Origin: Escherichia phage Eps7
DNA: 64,000 bases
Sequence record: NC_010583.1
Strand: one strand, 5' to 3'
The notes beneath the pieces were generated by a model that had not been told where the DNA came from, made no database searches, and was given only the letters and a program-made list of their open reading frames with translations. The translations under genes were made by a program, and so were the position numbers. Within the stretch, counting starts at the first letter, position 1, and every line of letters begins with the position of its first letter. This document shows, in pieces, positions 1-10,100 of this stretch.

Positions 1-106
1 TGTTATCGTTACACACCGTGACTATTTTATTTTTATTGTTAGGCAACTTTTAATTTGTCGATGAATTGTTGCGGAGTGGTACTATATTCCGCGCGTTCTT
101 CCTCGG

Positions 107-772
107 TCATACCTTCCCAACACATTTTAAACGTTCGGCTAGGAATTGATAATCGTTATCATCATCTAACGATTCATCAATAAAGGTTTCACCGATCAAT
201 GTTACGCCGATTGATAGGATATCGTTAACGGCTTGAGCGTCCAGCGTTTTAAATCCAGCACTTGCCGCCGCTGATAATACACCTTTATGATCATCAATCA
301 TTGTAAAATCAGCGTTCGGGTATAGCTGTTTAAACAGTTCAAAGTAATAAGATTTATATACAGCGTCTTTGCTGTGATATATTTCGCTAACCTTATCCGC
401 TTCAAAGTATTTATGTAATGTATCGCGGGAAAATACGCGAATATTACTATTTCCGCGCCCTCGCAAGCCTTGTTTGCGTAAATAAAAATAATCGCTTTTA
501 GACATTAAGCGCGCGGTACAAATAATATTTAAAGTATTTGCATCATTCATACATTGGCGCATATATTCAACCAATGGCAATAAAGAATCTTGCATAATTA
601 AATCATGTTTGCAGGCTTCGCGGGAATACTTAACTAAATTTAAATTCCCATTATCATCAAAACAAGGCGCTACACGGTGCATTGAATTAATGATTGTCCC
701 GTCTAAATCCCAAATCATAACGCGGGAAATATGCGGAAAAGTGCGGGTAATATTCATGTTAACTTGATTCAT
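107..772 (-). CDS. dmp: HAD-family 5'-deoxyribonucleotidase (Dmp-like pre-early protein)
   Basis: 221-aa ORF with N-terminal HAD motif WDLDGT; first gene of a T5-type pre-early block. Confidence 0.6.
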   Translation of the reverse strand: MNQVNMNITRTFPHISRVMIWDLDGTIINSMHRVAPCFDDNGNLNLVKYSREACKHDLIMQDSLLPLVEYMRQCMNDANTLNIICTARLMSKSDYFYLRKQGLRGRGNSNIRVFSRDTLHKYFEADKVSEIYHSKDAVYKSYYFELFKQLYPNADFTMIDDHKGVLSAAASAGFKTLDAQAVNDILSIGVTLIGETFIDESLDDDNDYQFLAERLKCVGKV

Positions 773-855
773 TTATTTGTTTCTCCTGTTAAGGGTAGTT
801 AGTTCAATCTTGCCAGCTAATTATATTAGATTAGCTGGCAATGTTCAATTAACTG

Positions 856-1248
856 TTAGTTAGTGAGGCCATACGCTAGCGCGTCACCGATAAAGCTAAG
901 ATCTTCACCATGTACGCTAGAGCGAATCCCCGCGCAAGTGTAAACCATCGCGCTAGCTTCTGGATTGCAGACCGGACACGGCTTAACAACTGCAAACGCT
1001 AGACCGGATTTAAGCGCATCAATAATAATTGTTTGCACTGTCAAAGTATCAGCGTAAACGCCTTTTGCTTTCGTATGGCTTGCCACTTTGCCGGTATCAT
1101 AAGCAAAGGTAGTAACCTGCAAAGCGTCGTTATAATTCAGCAAATCAAAATTAACTTGCCCCGCCTCGACGTGATAACGTTCACCATTAGAATAAACTAG
1201 AACGATGGAAGAAGTAGCGCGATCAAAAGGAATGTTTTGGTTTTTCAT
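856..1248 (-). CDS. hypothetical pre-early protein
   Basis: 130-aa ORF in compact same-strand array; CPVC motif; no recognisable domain. Confidence 0.45.
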   Translation of the reverse strand: MKNQNIPFDRATSSIVLVYSNGERYHVEAGQVNFDLLNYNDALQVTTFAYDTGKVASHTKAKGVYADTLTVQTIIIDALKSGLAFAVVKPCPVCNPEASAMVYTCAGIRSSVHGEDLSFIGDALAYGLTN

Positions 1249-1280
1249 GTTTATGACTCCAGATTATTTAATTACGGGAT

Positions 1281-1559
1281 TTATTGAAAAAATACATTTA
1301 AAGATAAATCAGTTTTACGAAAATATGTTTCGTCGCCGTCTTTCCTTTCTTGATTAAGGTAATCGCCTGTCATTACCTGAATAGAATCTTTTCCGAAAAA
1401 GATCATATTTTCGCCAATATTACTATCCCATACGGCATACATTCCCGCGTACATTCCACGGGTAACTAAATAAACGCAACTATCAAAAGACATTTCAGAC
1501 CATGCAATATCTTCTAAACAATTGCTATCAGGGATAGATATATTAATTTTACTAGCCAT
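1281..1559 (-). CDS. hypothetical protein
   Basis: 92-aa ORF in same-strand array. Confidence 0.4.
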   Translation of the reverse strand: MASKINISIPDSNCLEDIAWSEMSFDSCVYLVTRGMYAGMYAVWDSNIGENMIFFGKDSIQVMTGDYLNQERKDGDETYFRKTDLSLNVFFQ

Positions 1560-1611
1560 TTAATAAACCTTTTATTAATGGCGGTATATTTCAACCGCCG
1601 ATTAAATTTAA

Positions 1612-3277
1612 TTATGCAAAGAATTTACCGTTTTTGAAGTCAATCAAAGTACGTTGCCCGTTTGCATAGGTAATTAAATGCGTTTGCGTCCAGCTTGACG
1701 CGCCCACGTTGTAGCCCATATCAAGCGACCCCGCCACGCCAGCGGTATAAACGCCGCCGTAAATGCTAGCCGTATGAGTATGACCAGTGTTAAGGCGTCC
1801 CAACTTTTTAAACTGCTTAGGATTGCCCCGACTGCCGTTAATGCCATTGTGACCATGTACGCCGCATTCAATGCCAGCGATTTTAAACGACTGGTCAGTA
1901 GTCAGGAAAATAGCGTTAAATTCGCAACCTGCGACACTACGCAAGGCGTAATCTAGCACGTTAAAAGTATCATCCTTTTCAGCAATAGCGGCGTATATAG
2001 CAGCGTTTAGACGGTGATACAATTCCGCGTTTGCGGGATCGTCTTTAATGTTAGCGTTACGATCATCTAACCAGCGGGATAAAGCTAAATCATGGTTAGA
2101 TTCAACAATGATTGTTTGAGAAAAATCACGCTCCATTGATTCTAATACGCGTCCAGTGTCGATAAGATCATCTAGAACCTTGTCACGTCCTGCGGCGTAC
2201 TGTTTAGCAAGGAATACACCACTAGCGCGGTTGTGATGGTTACGCGATGTAAAATCATGCACATCATGAATAAACTGATATTTAGGCTTGAGAATATCAA
2301 GCAAGCTGTTTTCACTAGCCCATGAAGCAACGGCGCATTCATCATCTAGTTTTTCGGCGTGAATATCGCCATATTGCAAGCCTAGAACATGATCGGACGT
2401 TTCAAAACATCCGGTGGGCATAGCGCAAACATTCAAATCATAGAACATTCCGCTTTCATCCATTGTTTCAAGCTGGCGGCAATAAAATTCTCCGTCGTCG
2501 TCAAATTCTACCAGCAAAGCACCGTAATTATGCAGCGCCTCGGCTTTTTGACCTGCTTTCTGCTGAATGTAGTTTTTAAGCGTAGCCGTTCCGGTTGAAT
2601 ACATACGGCGCACTACTTCACCTTTTAACGCTGGCACACTTTCAGCGGTAATTTTAGCGTGACCAATTGCCAGACCTTCAATATTAAAGCCGTGGCGGTT
2701 TCTGCGAATCCTGAAAGCGGATAGTCTGCCGTTGGTAACACGTTAATTTCAGCCATGAAAGCAAAACGGCGATTATTTAAAAATACGTTTTTCTCGCAAA
2801 TATATTTATTAAATGCGGGATCGTATTTAATGCCTTCGTTACCTTCTCCATTCTGGAAGCCGTTTTTATTGTAAATGAATTTACTAACCAGCAATTCACC
2901 GCCGATATATTCAGCGAATTTTTCCAGACTTGCTAAAAAGTTTTTATGCGGGAGGAAGTATTATTTTGAATCGACGTTAGAATAAAACGGCGACCGGATT
3001 TAACTTCCCACTGTTCCACGGTACTAGAAACAATCCCCGCCGCTTCTGGGCGATCATCATTTTTAATCGCCTTTTCAGCTTTTGCCGCTTTCGGTTTCGC
3101 TGGCTTGTTTGCTTCCAGCCAATCACAAATCGCGGTGGAATGTTTCGTTGTATCGTAAACAGCTTTTGAAATATCGTCGCAAACTTCTAATTTAGTAGCG
3201 CGCAAACGCTTACCATAGAAATTAAAATCAGCGGCCATTTTCAGAATTTGAGCTTGTTTTTCTGCGGAAATATTCAT
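1612..3277 (-). CDS. A1: A1-like pre-early protein with metallophosphoesterase domain; reading frame interrupted twice
   Basis: three consecutive same-strand ORFs (2933..3277, 2625..2894, 1612..2637) totalling ~545 aa; GVHGH and GHTHT phosphoesterase-like motifs in the C-terminal piece; ORF ends look out of frame. Confidence 0.55.
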
Positions 3278-3386
3278 AACTAATTCAACTCCTATAAAGG
3301 GATAAAGATTAAAGCTGGCAATATTGCCAAATATAACGCCTTGCCTGAAGTGAGGACAATTTAAAAGGCGTTATAATTTGCAACAT

Positions 3387-3611
3387 TTAATTAATCGGCA
3401 TTAAACTAGAACAAAAGCCAAATACAATGCCAATTGTAAGAAAGATAATTGACAGATATTTTTGAATGTTCGCGTTTTTGCGGAAATTATTTGCGGCGTA
3501 AACGTTATTAATTCCAATTATTGCCAGAATTGACCTCGTATAATTCAGAATAAAAGCGGCGGCAATAATAAATAAACCTAAAATAAACGCTTCGCTAGGA
3601 TAAAAGATCAA
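3387..3611 (-). CDS. small membrane protein (two predicted TM helices)
   Basis: 74-aa hydrophobic ORF. Confidence 0.4.
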   Translation of the reverse strand: MIFYPSEAFILGLFIIAAAFILNYTRSILAIIGINNVYAANNFRKNANIQKYLSIIFLTIGIVFGFCSSLMPIN

Positions 3612-3661
3612 GATTATTCTCCTTTAAGGGTTAGCGGGGAATATTCCCCGCTAGTTAAAAT

Positions 3662-4078
3662 TTATTCACCTGCGGCCTGTTTTACTTCCTCCGCTACGCC
3701 TAACAATTGCGCTACAGCTTCCAGCGTTTCAAGTTTAGCACTTTCAAGGCTTGCCAGATCGTCGGCATCTTTTACGATACCTGAATCAATAGCGTGTTTA
3801 GCGATGACGCGCACATAGTGAGCTTTACGGACACTAGACCCGCCGCCAACTTTACGCGGTTTATCGCTTTTCTGATAGGCTTTTGCACTGGTCAATTTAG
3901 AACGTACAGACACCGGACTTGCAGCGCCAACGGCGGCGGCAATTTCTTTCAAGCCGTCACTATTCGCAAACTCAATCCCGCTTTTAGCGACCATTTCAGA
4001 ATACATAGAAACAGCTTTTTCGGTGTTTTCTTCGTTCCAAGAGAATTTTGCGGTTTTTTCGGTTTTAACGTTAGACAT
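3662..4078 (-). CDS. hypothetical pre-early protein (possible A2-like DNA-binding protein)
   Basis: 138-aa ORF, Lys/Ala-rich, directly downstream of A1-like gene region; assignment by position only. Confidence 0.4.
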   Translation of the reverse strand: MSNVKTEKTAKFSWNEENTEKAVSMYSEMVAKSGIEFANSDGLKEIAAAVGAASPVSVRSKLTSAKAYQKSDKPRKVGGGSSVRKAHYVRVIAKHAIDSGIVKDADDLASLESAKLETLEAVAQLLGVAEEVKQAAGE

Positions 4079-4177
4079 AATTTAATACTCCATTCAATTA
4101 TTAATTAAGGGATTATGATTAACTAATGTTAATCCATATATTCCCCATATTTCAGGGGAATATAAAGTTAGCACTAA

Positions 4178-4429
4178 TTAGCTAATAGCTTGCCATTTAT
4201 CATCTTTCTGAATGATCTTTACAACGTCGCCGGATTTAACGCGAACATTATAAATTGGCTTGCCGTGGTTACTGCGTTCCGTTTCCGCATAGACCGCTTC
4301 AATTTTATCGAAAGGATCTAGCGCCGCACCTTTAATACGTTCGGCTTTTCCGGTTAATTCATCCGTTTTAGTAACGAAAGGAATAAATACAGATTGACCT
4401 ACTTTCGGCGCGGTAATAACGTTTTGCAT
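4178..4429 (-). CDS. hypothetical protein
   Basis: 83-aa ORF ending the minus-strand pre-early block. Confidence 0.4.
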   Translation of the reverse strand: MQNVITAPKVGQSVFIPFVTKTDELTGKAERIKGAALDPFDKIEAVYAETERSNHGKPIYNVRVKSGDVVKIIQKDDKWQAIS

Positions 4430-4563
4430 TTTTAATACTCCGGTTTATTGGGGATTATTCCACAATAGCGCCTCGATACTTTGAAACGCTATTAGATTAT
4501 AATCCGCTAGGAGTTAGCCTAAACATTACCGTTTTTCCAAATTGTTAAAGAGCAGTTACTACG

Positions 4564-4872
4564 GGGAACATCTTAAAACCTATCGGCTAGCGTGTCAAGC
4601 GTTTTTTAAACTTTTTTCGATTTGATGTGAGTTATATAAATCAATCATTATATTACGCCACACCATTTCCAGACCTTGCTGCTTACCTTTCTTGTATTGC
4701 TTGAATCTGTATTTTACAGATCGTTGCGCTACTGTCAACAAATTTTTTTGTTCTGCTATCTAATGCGCTAGCAGGTTTCGCACTAATCACTAAAGCGTTT
4801 TTTGATTTGATCATTATCGTCGATTCCTTATAATGTATAAGTTTACCGCCGATAGGCTTTAAGATGTTCCCT
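4564..4872. repeat. 24-bp inverted repeat pair (GGGAACATCTTAAAACCTATCGGC / reverse complement) separated by ~260 bp
   Basis: 4564-4587 and 4849-4872 are reverse complements with one mismatch; lies in 1.5-kb non-coding region. Confidence 0.7.
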
Positions 4873-5520
4873 AGTTTTTAAAGAGCATGGCGGTAAACTT
4901 CCCCGCCGTGTAATCTTGCGTTTCGTTTCCGTCCCGCCGTCCTACGAGATAAATAATAGCAAATTGAGCGAAAGAGACAAGCGTAATTTTGTAAAGAAGT
5001 GTAAAGACAAACGCCACCGCACCACGTCCAGCGGCGCACTAAATTTAATGAAACGGGCGCGCGAATAACACCAAAACAACCATTTTAGCAAGTAATTTTT
5101 TCATTTATATCTGCTCTAGGGTACTTGACAAAATCTAAAATCCTCGTGGTGAGGTTTTCTCGGTGTACCCCTTATGATTGCCTATCTTTTCCTTTGATGC
5201 GCTTAGAATCGCTTACAGAGCGTTTTAGACCCTGTTAATAACTTATACAAAAAGCAAAAAATGAAATTTAATGAGTTATCCACTTGATTTTTCAAAAAAG
5301 TATTTTCTGCTGTTATTTTTCATTGACAAATAAGTTTAGACGTGCATTGATTGGTTAGCAGACTAACAATCGCTAGGATGATAATCACGCTGGTGGATTG
5401 TAACAGCCGAAACAGTTAGCAGACTATTAATAATCTAAAAACCTATTAGCCAACTAACTATTTCATATTATATAATATACTTATAAATTAAAGAGAAATA
5501 ATAACTATAAGAAACTATCG

Positions 5521-5655
5521 GCTAAGTGAGAACCACTATCATTTAGGTTATTCACAAAGTTATCCACAGCACTTTTTGACTTGACACAATAAGCAACATT
5601 TTGGCGACTTATCCACAGACTTATATACAGGTTATCCTACTGTATAAATATACAG
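5521..5655. repeat. left arm of ~135-bp imperfect inverted repeat carrying DnaA-box-like 9-mers and a 7-bp-arm palindrome
   Basis: reverse complement of 9781-9914 aligns with 5521-5655; TTATTCACA, TTATCCACA x2 at 5548-5617; CTGTATAAATATACAG at 5640-5655. Confidence 0.7.
5548..5617 (+). promoter_or_regulatory. cluster of three DnaA-box-like sites (TTATNCACA)
   Basis: TTATTCACA 5548-5556, TTATCCACA 5560-5568 and 5609-5617. Confidence 0.5.
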
Positions 5656-5905
5656 GGTAGAATGGTAGCAGTAACAACCGCAATCAAATTTAAGCGGTCT
5701 AAAACGCGCTACACGGCGTTTTCTCACTGCTGCCCTTATTATAATAAAGCCTTGTGTACGCTTACAGAGAGCTAGAAATAGAAAAACGCGCGGCTATCAT
5801 AAAAACAAGCGTTAGGCAAGGAATAAAAAACCTTTTCTTTTTTCTTGCCCCTAACAAACAAATATCTATATCATTCACTCACCGATTAACGATGGAGACA
5901 AAGAA

Positions 5906-6907
5906 ATGTCTACTGTAAGAATTGCAGTACCAGCAAACGCAACTATTGTTAAAGGTAGTTTGCGCAACCTGCTAGATGGTAGTAGTGCGGCAAGTATTCA
6001 GCACACCGCCGCAATGGTTGAAAAAATTCACGAGGATATTTTAGATAATAATGATACTCATTATTCAGTCGATGATTTCACGCTATTACTAGACCAGACA
6101 AGGGCGCTAGTAATTTTCAACCGTGATTATCACATTTTCCGTAACAGTCGGGGAACTGATATTGATTTTATCATTGTTGGTTATAGTGAATCCAATAATG
6201 GTTACATTGCGCGATTATATAACGTGCAAGAAAAAGAGCAGGTAACAGCAACAAAAGTAAATAATATCCGGCTGGATAGTGTCGGATCGTTATTAAATAG
6301 TATCTGGCGTGAATTATCCTCAAGCTATAAAGGTGCGGATAGTGACGCAATCGAAACAACTGGCGTATTGTGTTTTGAAAAGTCAACGGGTAACATGTTG
6401 ATCCCTAACGATTATTTAGAGTATGGGAATGAATCAAACGTTGCAAATGCTGGATTTACACTTTTACCGCTTGACAATGTAACAAAACAGGCTGTACAAT
6501 CTCAAACTTCAAGCGCAAATGCGCAAACTACTGAAAATAAAGGAAATATTATGTCTAAAGTATCTTCTATCGTTGCCGCTAATAAATCCGCCGTTGTAAA
6601 CGCTGCTAAACTGGAAGCGGGTAAAATTGCACTGACTCAAATCACAAAAGTAGCGGCGAAAAAAGCGCCGTTTATGATTAAAGGTTATATCGATACGCCG
6701 ATTGGTCGTGTAGTGATTGCTAACCTGTTAAGCGTAGCAGTTGACCAGTACGCCCCGACTAATCAGAAAGCGAAAGCGATAGCAGGCGCGGCAATGGAAG
6801 CGGCAATGTTGGAAATGGTACAGAGTTTCAATATTGCTGAAATGATCGATGAAATGGTAAAAGGCATTGACATTTCTACCTTTACCCAAAACACCGAAAC
6901 AGAATAA
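5906..6907 (+). CDS. hypothetical protein
   Basis: 333-aa ORF with GGAGA RBS; first gene of plus-strand cassette. Confidence 0.6.
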   Translation: MSTVRIAVPANATIVKGSLRNLLDGSSAASIQHTAAMVEKIHEDILDNNDTHYSVDDFTLLLDQTRALVIFNRDYHIFRNSRGTDIDFIIVGYSESNNGYIARLYNVQEKEQVTATKVNNIRLDSVGSLLNSIWRELSSSYKGADSDAIETTGVLCFEKSTGNMLIPNDYLEYGNESNVANAGFTLLPLDNVTKQAVQSQTSSANAQTTENKGNIMSKVSSIVAANKSAVVNAAKLEAGKIALTQITKVAAKKAPFMIKGYIDTPIGRVVIANLLSVAVDQYAPTNQKAKAIAGAAMEAAMLEMVQSFNIAEMIDEMVKGIDISTFTQNTETE

Positions 6908-6915
6908 TAATTACT

Positions 6916-6938
6916 AGCGGGGATTATTCCCCGCTTTA
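6916..6938 (+). terminator. hairpin AGCGGGG-N6-CCCCGCT with short T tract
   Basis: stem-loop immediately after stop of 5906..6907. Confidence 0.4.
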
Positions 6939-6973
6939 CTATTTCCCTGTTAATTGTTAGGAGACTAGTTATT

Positions 6974-7282
6974 ATGCAACTAAATCAAATCATGTTAGCG
7001 CAATTAGCCGAAAAAATGCCGAATAGCCCACATGTTAATTATTCGGACAATCAAAGCAATATTCCTATATGGGAAAAGCAAGGCCGTCCCTTTTTATGGG
7101 AACATGTAGAAAGCGCGAATAATTATCATGCTTTCTTTGATCGTGGTTATGGCTGGCTATGTATTTTTGTAGACGAAACTTTGCTGGATTATGGAATGGA
7201 TGAAATAGTCCGTGATGACGTAATTTTCTTAAATAAAGGATTTTACAGTGTAGCAAATTCTCTTTATTTCCCCGCTAATTAA
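6974..7282 (+). CDS. hypothetical protein
   Basis: 102-aa ORF preceded by TAGGAG RBS. Confidence 0.5.
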   Translation: MQLNQIMLAQLAEKMPNSPHVNYSDNQSNIPIWEKQGRPFLWEHVESANNYHAFFDRGYGWLCIFVDETLLDYGMDEIVRDDVIFLNKGFYSVANSLYFPAN

Positions 7283-7295
7283 TAGGAGTCTAGTT

Positions 7296-7790
7296 ATGTC
7301 AGAAGAAAAATATGGCTTTTCTCTAGAAAGTGTGAATGAAGCTGAACACGATATGATCGTTTTAGTTGATTGTCATACTGGCTATTGCGGGGAGGGCTGG
7401 ACGGAGGAACATTTTGTTCCCGCTGGCTGTGATCTGGACGCTTTCGCAAACGAACACGCATATGATAATGCTTCTCGTTTCGGTAGCGATGGGGAAGAAG
7501 ATGAAGAAACAGGGGAATGGATTGAAAATGATAATGTATATGCGAGTCTTTATCATTATCAATTGAGTAAGTCCGGTACTTATGTAAACGGCGGCGATCC
7601 TATTAATACCATTATGAAACTAATTATTAAACACGGTGGCGCGGAAATAATTGGTAACAAGGCGTTATTATACGCAAACCGATTAAAACAGCTTGTTTAT
7701 ATTCCTAATAATTCCCGTTGGGATGAATATGCCGTTTTACAGAAAGAATTAAAACGCTGTTTCAACATTGAAGCATTAGAAATAGTCTGA
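7296..7790 (+). CDS. hypothetical acidic protein
   Basis: 164-aa ORF preceded by TAGGAG RBS. Confidence 0.55.
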   Translation: MSEEKYGFSLESVNEAEHDMIVLVDCHTGYCGEGWTEEHFVPAGCDLDAFANEHAYDNASRFGSDGEEDEETGEWIENDNVYASLYHYQLSKSGTYVNGGDPINTIMKLIIKHGGAEIIGNKALLYANRLKQLVYIPNNSRWDEYAVLQKELKRCFNIEALEIV

Positions 7791-7806
7791 TGTAAAGTTT
7801 TGTAAA

Positions 7807-7833
7807 GGTCGCCTATTATGGCGGCCTTTTTTG
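7807..7833 (+). terminator. rho-independent terminator-like hairpin plus T6
   Basis: GGTCGCC-loop-GGCGGCC followed by TTTTTTG. Confidence 0.55.
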
Positions 7834-7897
7834 TTATAATGCCTTTACACCGAAACGGTGGATTGAAAATTTTCCCTGATTTCTAGGAGGCGTTAAA

Positions 7898-8125
7898 ATG
7901 GTACATTCATCATCTTCTGCAATTTTTAATGGTATGGAATGGGTATCCGTTCCCGCTATTATCAGCGTTATGGTTTCTGAATTTGGGATTGGTAAAACTT
8001 ATATCACCATTCAGGAACTTTATGACAATGACAAGATTGACCAGCAAACGGCGGGCTTTTTGCTGGATGAATTAAAAGCTAACCACTGTACCAAAAAGCA
8101 AGCGGCAAAAATTGTTTTAATGTAA
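7898..8125 (+). CDS. hypothetical protein
   Basis: 75-aa ORF with CTAGGAGG RBS. Confidence 0.45.
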   Translation: MVHSSSSAIFNGMEWVSVPAIISVMVSEFGIGKTYITIQELYDNDKIDQQTAGFLLDELKANHCTKKQAAKIVLM

Positions 8126-8171
8126 TTATTAAAGGGGATATATTATCCCCTAATTTCTAGGAGCTAATAAA

Positions 8172-8321
8172 ATGGTTATTTTTAGATCTATTCTGGCTAG
8201 TATCTTGGGCGCTATTTTATCGCTGTTTGTAATAGCTTTCGGCGTTCACGTGGTTATTATTGGAGCAGGTATCGCGGGGTTTTCTTACTTGTTAGGCTGT
8301 ATGACTGGTAAAGGGGAATAA
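8172..8321 (+). CDS. small membrane peptide (49 aa)
   Basis: ORF below track threshold; CTAGGAGC RBS; hydrophobic. Confidence 0.4.
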   Translation: MVIFRSILASILGAILSLFVIAFGVHVVIIGAGIAGFSYLLGCMTGKGE

Positions 8322-8324
8322 AAA

Positions 8325-8537
8325 ATGTTAAAGAATATTTCCCTTGCCCGTTCTAAAGGTTTTAAGCTGGTGGATGTTAACACGTTTGAGCGTCCAGATT
8401 GTAAAATCGAATATGTAGCACGCAACAAAAACGCTTTCCGTGTTACTGAAAAGAAATTTGACAAGCGCGGAAATTTGGTAGCCGAAACGGTTAAACACTT
8501 TGCCACCTTTTACGCTGCTTTTCGTGGGGTATTATGA
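8325..8537 (+). CDS. hypothetical protein
   Basis: 70-aa ORF. Confidence 0.45.
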   Translation: MLKNISLARSKGFKLVDVNTFERPDCKIEYVARNKNAFRVTEKKFDKRGNLVAETVKHFATFYAAFRGVL

Positions 8538-8658
8538 AAACTTTATTTTCTATTTTGCTCGGTGCTGCTGGTGGCTTTATTGCTACCTACTTAAAGTGAT
8601 CCTGCACTGTTAGGAGTTTATTCGATTTGTTTTGGCTATTTGCTAGGGAGGTTGGCAG

Positions 8659-9003
8659 ATGGTAATTTATGAGGGCAATCGCTTTATTACTAATTGCCGT
8701 CCGGCATTATTAGCAAACTATTTAAATCAGCTTTCACCAGTTTATAAAGGCGTAGTTAATATCTATGAGGGCAAAGCACATTATAAAATTTCTGCCGTTG
8801 TCGCCCGTGAACTAGCGTTTCAATTTTTAACTTTTGGGTCTTGTGACGTTCAGGTTATGGGGGAAGCGTTAATAGCGGAAAATGAAAATGAATTTATTGA
8901 CATTTTCCGCAAAGTATGTACGGAGCGCCTGATTATGAAAGGCGCGTATATTCAATCAACCGCTGAAAGTATTGAAACAGCGTTTCGAAAGGTGGCGCAA
9001 TGA
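8659..9003 (+). CDS. hypothetical protein
   Basis: 114-aa ORF with GGGAGG RBS. Confidence 0.55.
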   Translation: MVIYEGNRFITNCRPALLANYLNQLSPVYKGVVNIYEGKAHYKISAVVARELAFQFLTFGSCDVQVMGEALIAENENEFIDIFRKVCTERLIMKGAYIQSTAESIETAFRKVAQ

Positions 9004-9200
9004 CTAAAGATGAAGCACTAGAAAAAATGAAACAAGGTTTCAAAGTTAGTAATCAATATTTTACTAGCGATGAATTTTTGTACATGAAAGAAAACGGCGT
9101 GATCATGTCAGAAGATGGTTACAATTTTAATGATTGGTTTTTCAATATTCGCAAGGGTGAGGAATGGAAGCTAGACGGTTGGAGCGTCTACCGTGAATAG
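9000..9200 (+). CDS. hypothetical protein
   Basis: 66-aa ORF, ATGA overlap with upstream gene. Confidence 0.5.
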   Translation: MTKDEALEKMKQGFKVSNQYFTSDEFLYMKENGVIMSEDGYNFNDWFFNIRKGEEWKLDGWSVYRE

Positions 9201-9326
9201 CTGGTGGCGTAAAACGCAAAGTCACAAATCTAATAATACCGCTGGGAAACATTCCCAGCGTTTACGATTTGGTAATGGCTTTACAATGATATTGATAATC
9301 ATTCTCATTCTAGGAGCGATGGCGTT

Positions 9327-9422
9327 ATGAGACTATATATTTTCGTGGGTAATATTAAGCCTGCTAATGATCCCAACGGTGGCGACAATATCCGCCGCTA
9401 TTTTCAACAATACATCTATTAA
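9327..9422 (+). CDS. small hypothetical peptide (31 aa)
   Basis: ORF below track threshold preceded by CTAGGAGCG RBS. Confidence 0.3.
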   Translation: MRLYIFVGNIKPANDPNGGDNIRRYFQQYIY

Positions 9423-9437
9423 TAACGGGGCGTTACT

Positions 9438-9632
9438 ATGAGTGATAAAATTGTTATTAGTAAAACTAGTGTTACCGTGGATACATTCTATGTAGAAGAT
9501 ACAAAAGAAAACCGCGCAATTTGTGAGAATCAAGAGTATGACAAACTTATATATGATGAGTATGGTTACTACACTAATCTAGTAGATTCCTACGGTGAAA
9601 GCGTAGAGTTCTCCCATCAAATACCGGACTAA
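9438..9632 (+). CDS. hypothetical protein
   Basis: 64-aa ORF; last gene of plus-strand cassette. Confidence 0.5.
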   Translation: MSDKIVISKTSVTVDTFYVEDTKENRAICENQEYDKLIYDEYGYYTNLVDSYGESVEFSHQIPD

Positions 9633-9638
9633 TAATAA

Positions 9639-9668
9639 CGGGGCGCAACTATCGGCCCCGCCTTTTCT
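9639..9668 (+). terminator. GC-rich hairpin followed by T-rich tract
   Basis: CGGGGC-loop-GCCCCG then CCTTTTCT after last cassette gene. Confidence 0.5.
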
Positions 9669-9780
9669 GGCCTTCCTCAAATTTCCCATTATTAAAATAC
9701 CTCCTCCAAAAATAAACGCGTTAGGATGCGTTACAGAGCGTTTTAGAGCTATATTAGAGTTATTCACCACGCAGGAATAC

Positions 9781-9914
9781 TGTATAAATATACAGTAGAA
9801 TAACCTGTTGATAAGTCTGTTGATAACGCCTCAAAATCACTAGGATTTTGTCAAGTCAAATCGTGCTGTTAATAAACCTGTGGATAACTTAAATAACAGT
9901 GTTTCTCACTTCGC
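9781..9914. repeat. right arm of ~135-bp imperfect inverted repeat (DnaA-box-like sites, palindrome)
   Basis: CTGTATAAATATACAG 9781-9796; TGTTGATAA x2 (9807-9827) and TGTGGATAA 9879-9887; reverse complement matches 5521-5655. Confidence 0.7.
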
Positions 9915-10100
9915 TTTCTAAATGCGACTCATTCTCATTATGCGACTCATTCGTACTCAACTCTGTAAAGGATAACCATTCTCATTCCGCTTTCTAAGTG
10001 TGAATCATTATCATTCGCATTCAACTTCTCAAATGCGAATCAATCTCATTATCATTCGCATTTCGGCAGGCAGGGCATTTTCATTTTGCCCTGCGCTTTT

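Noticed and set aside
1674-2598. Short ORFs 1674..1871 (-), 1774..1956 (+), 2389..2598 (+)
   Set aside because: Nested within or antisense to the A1-like coding region.
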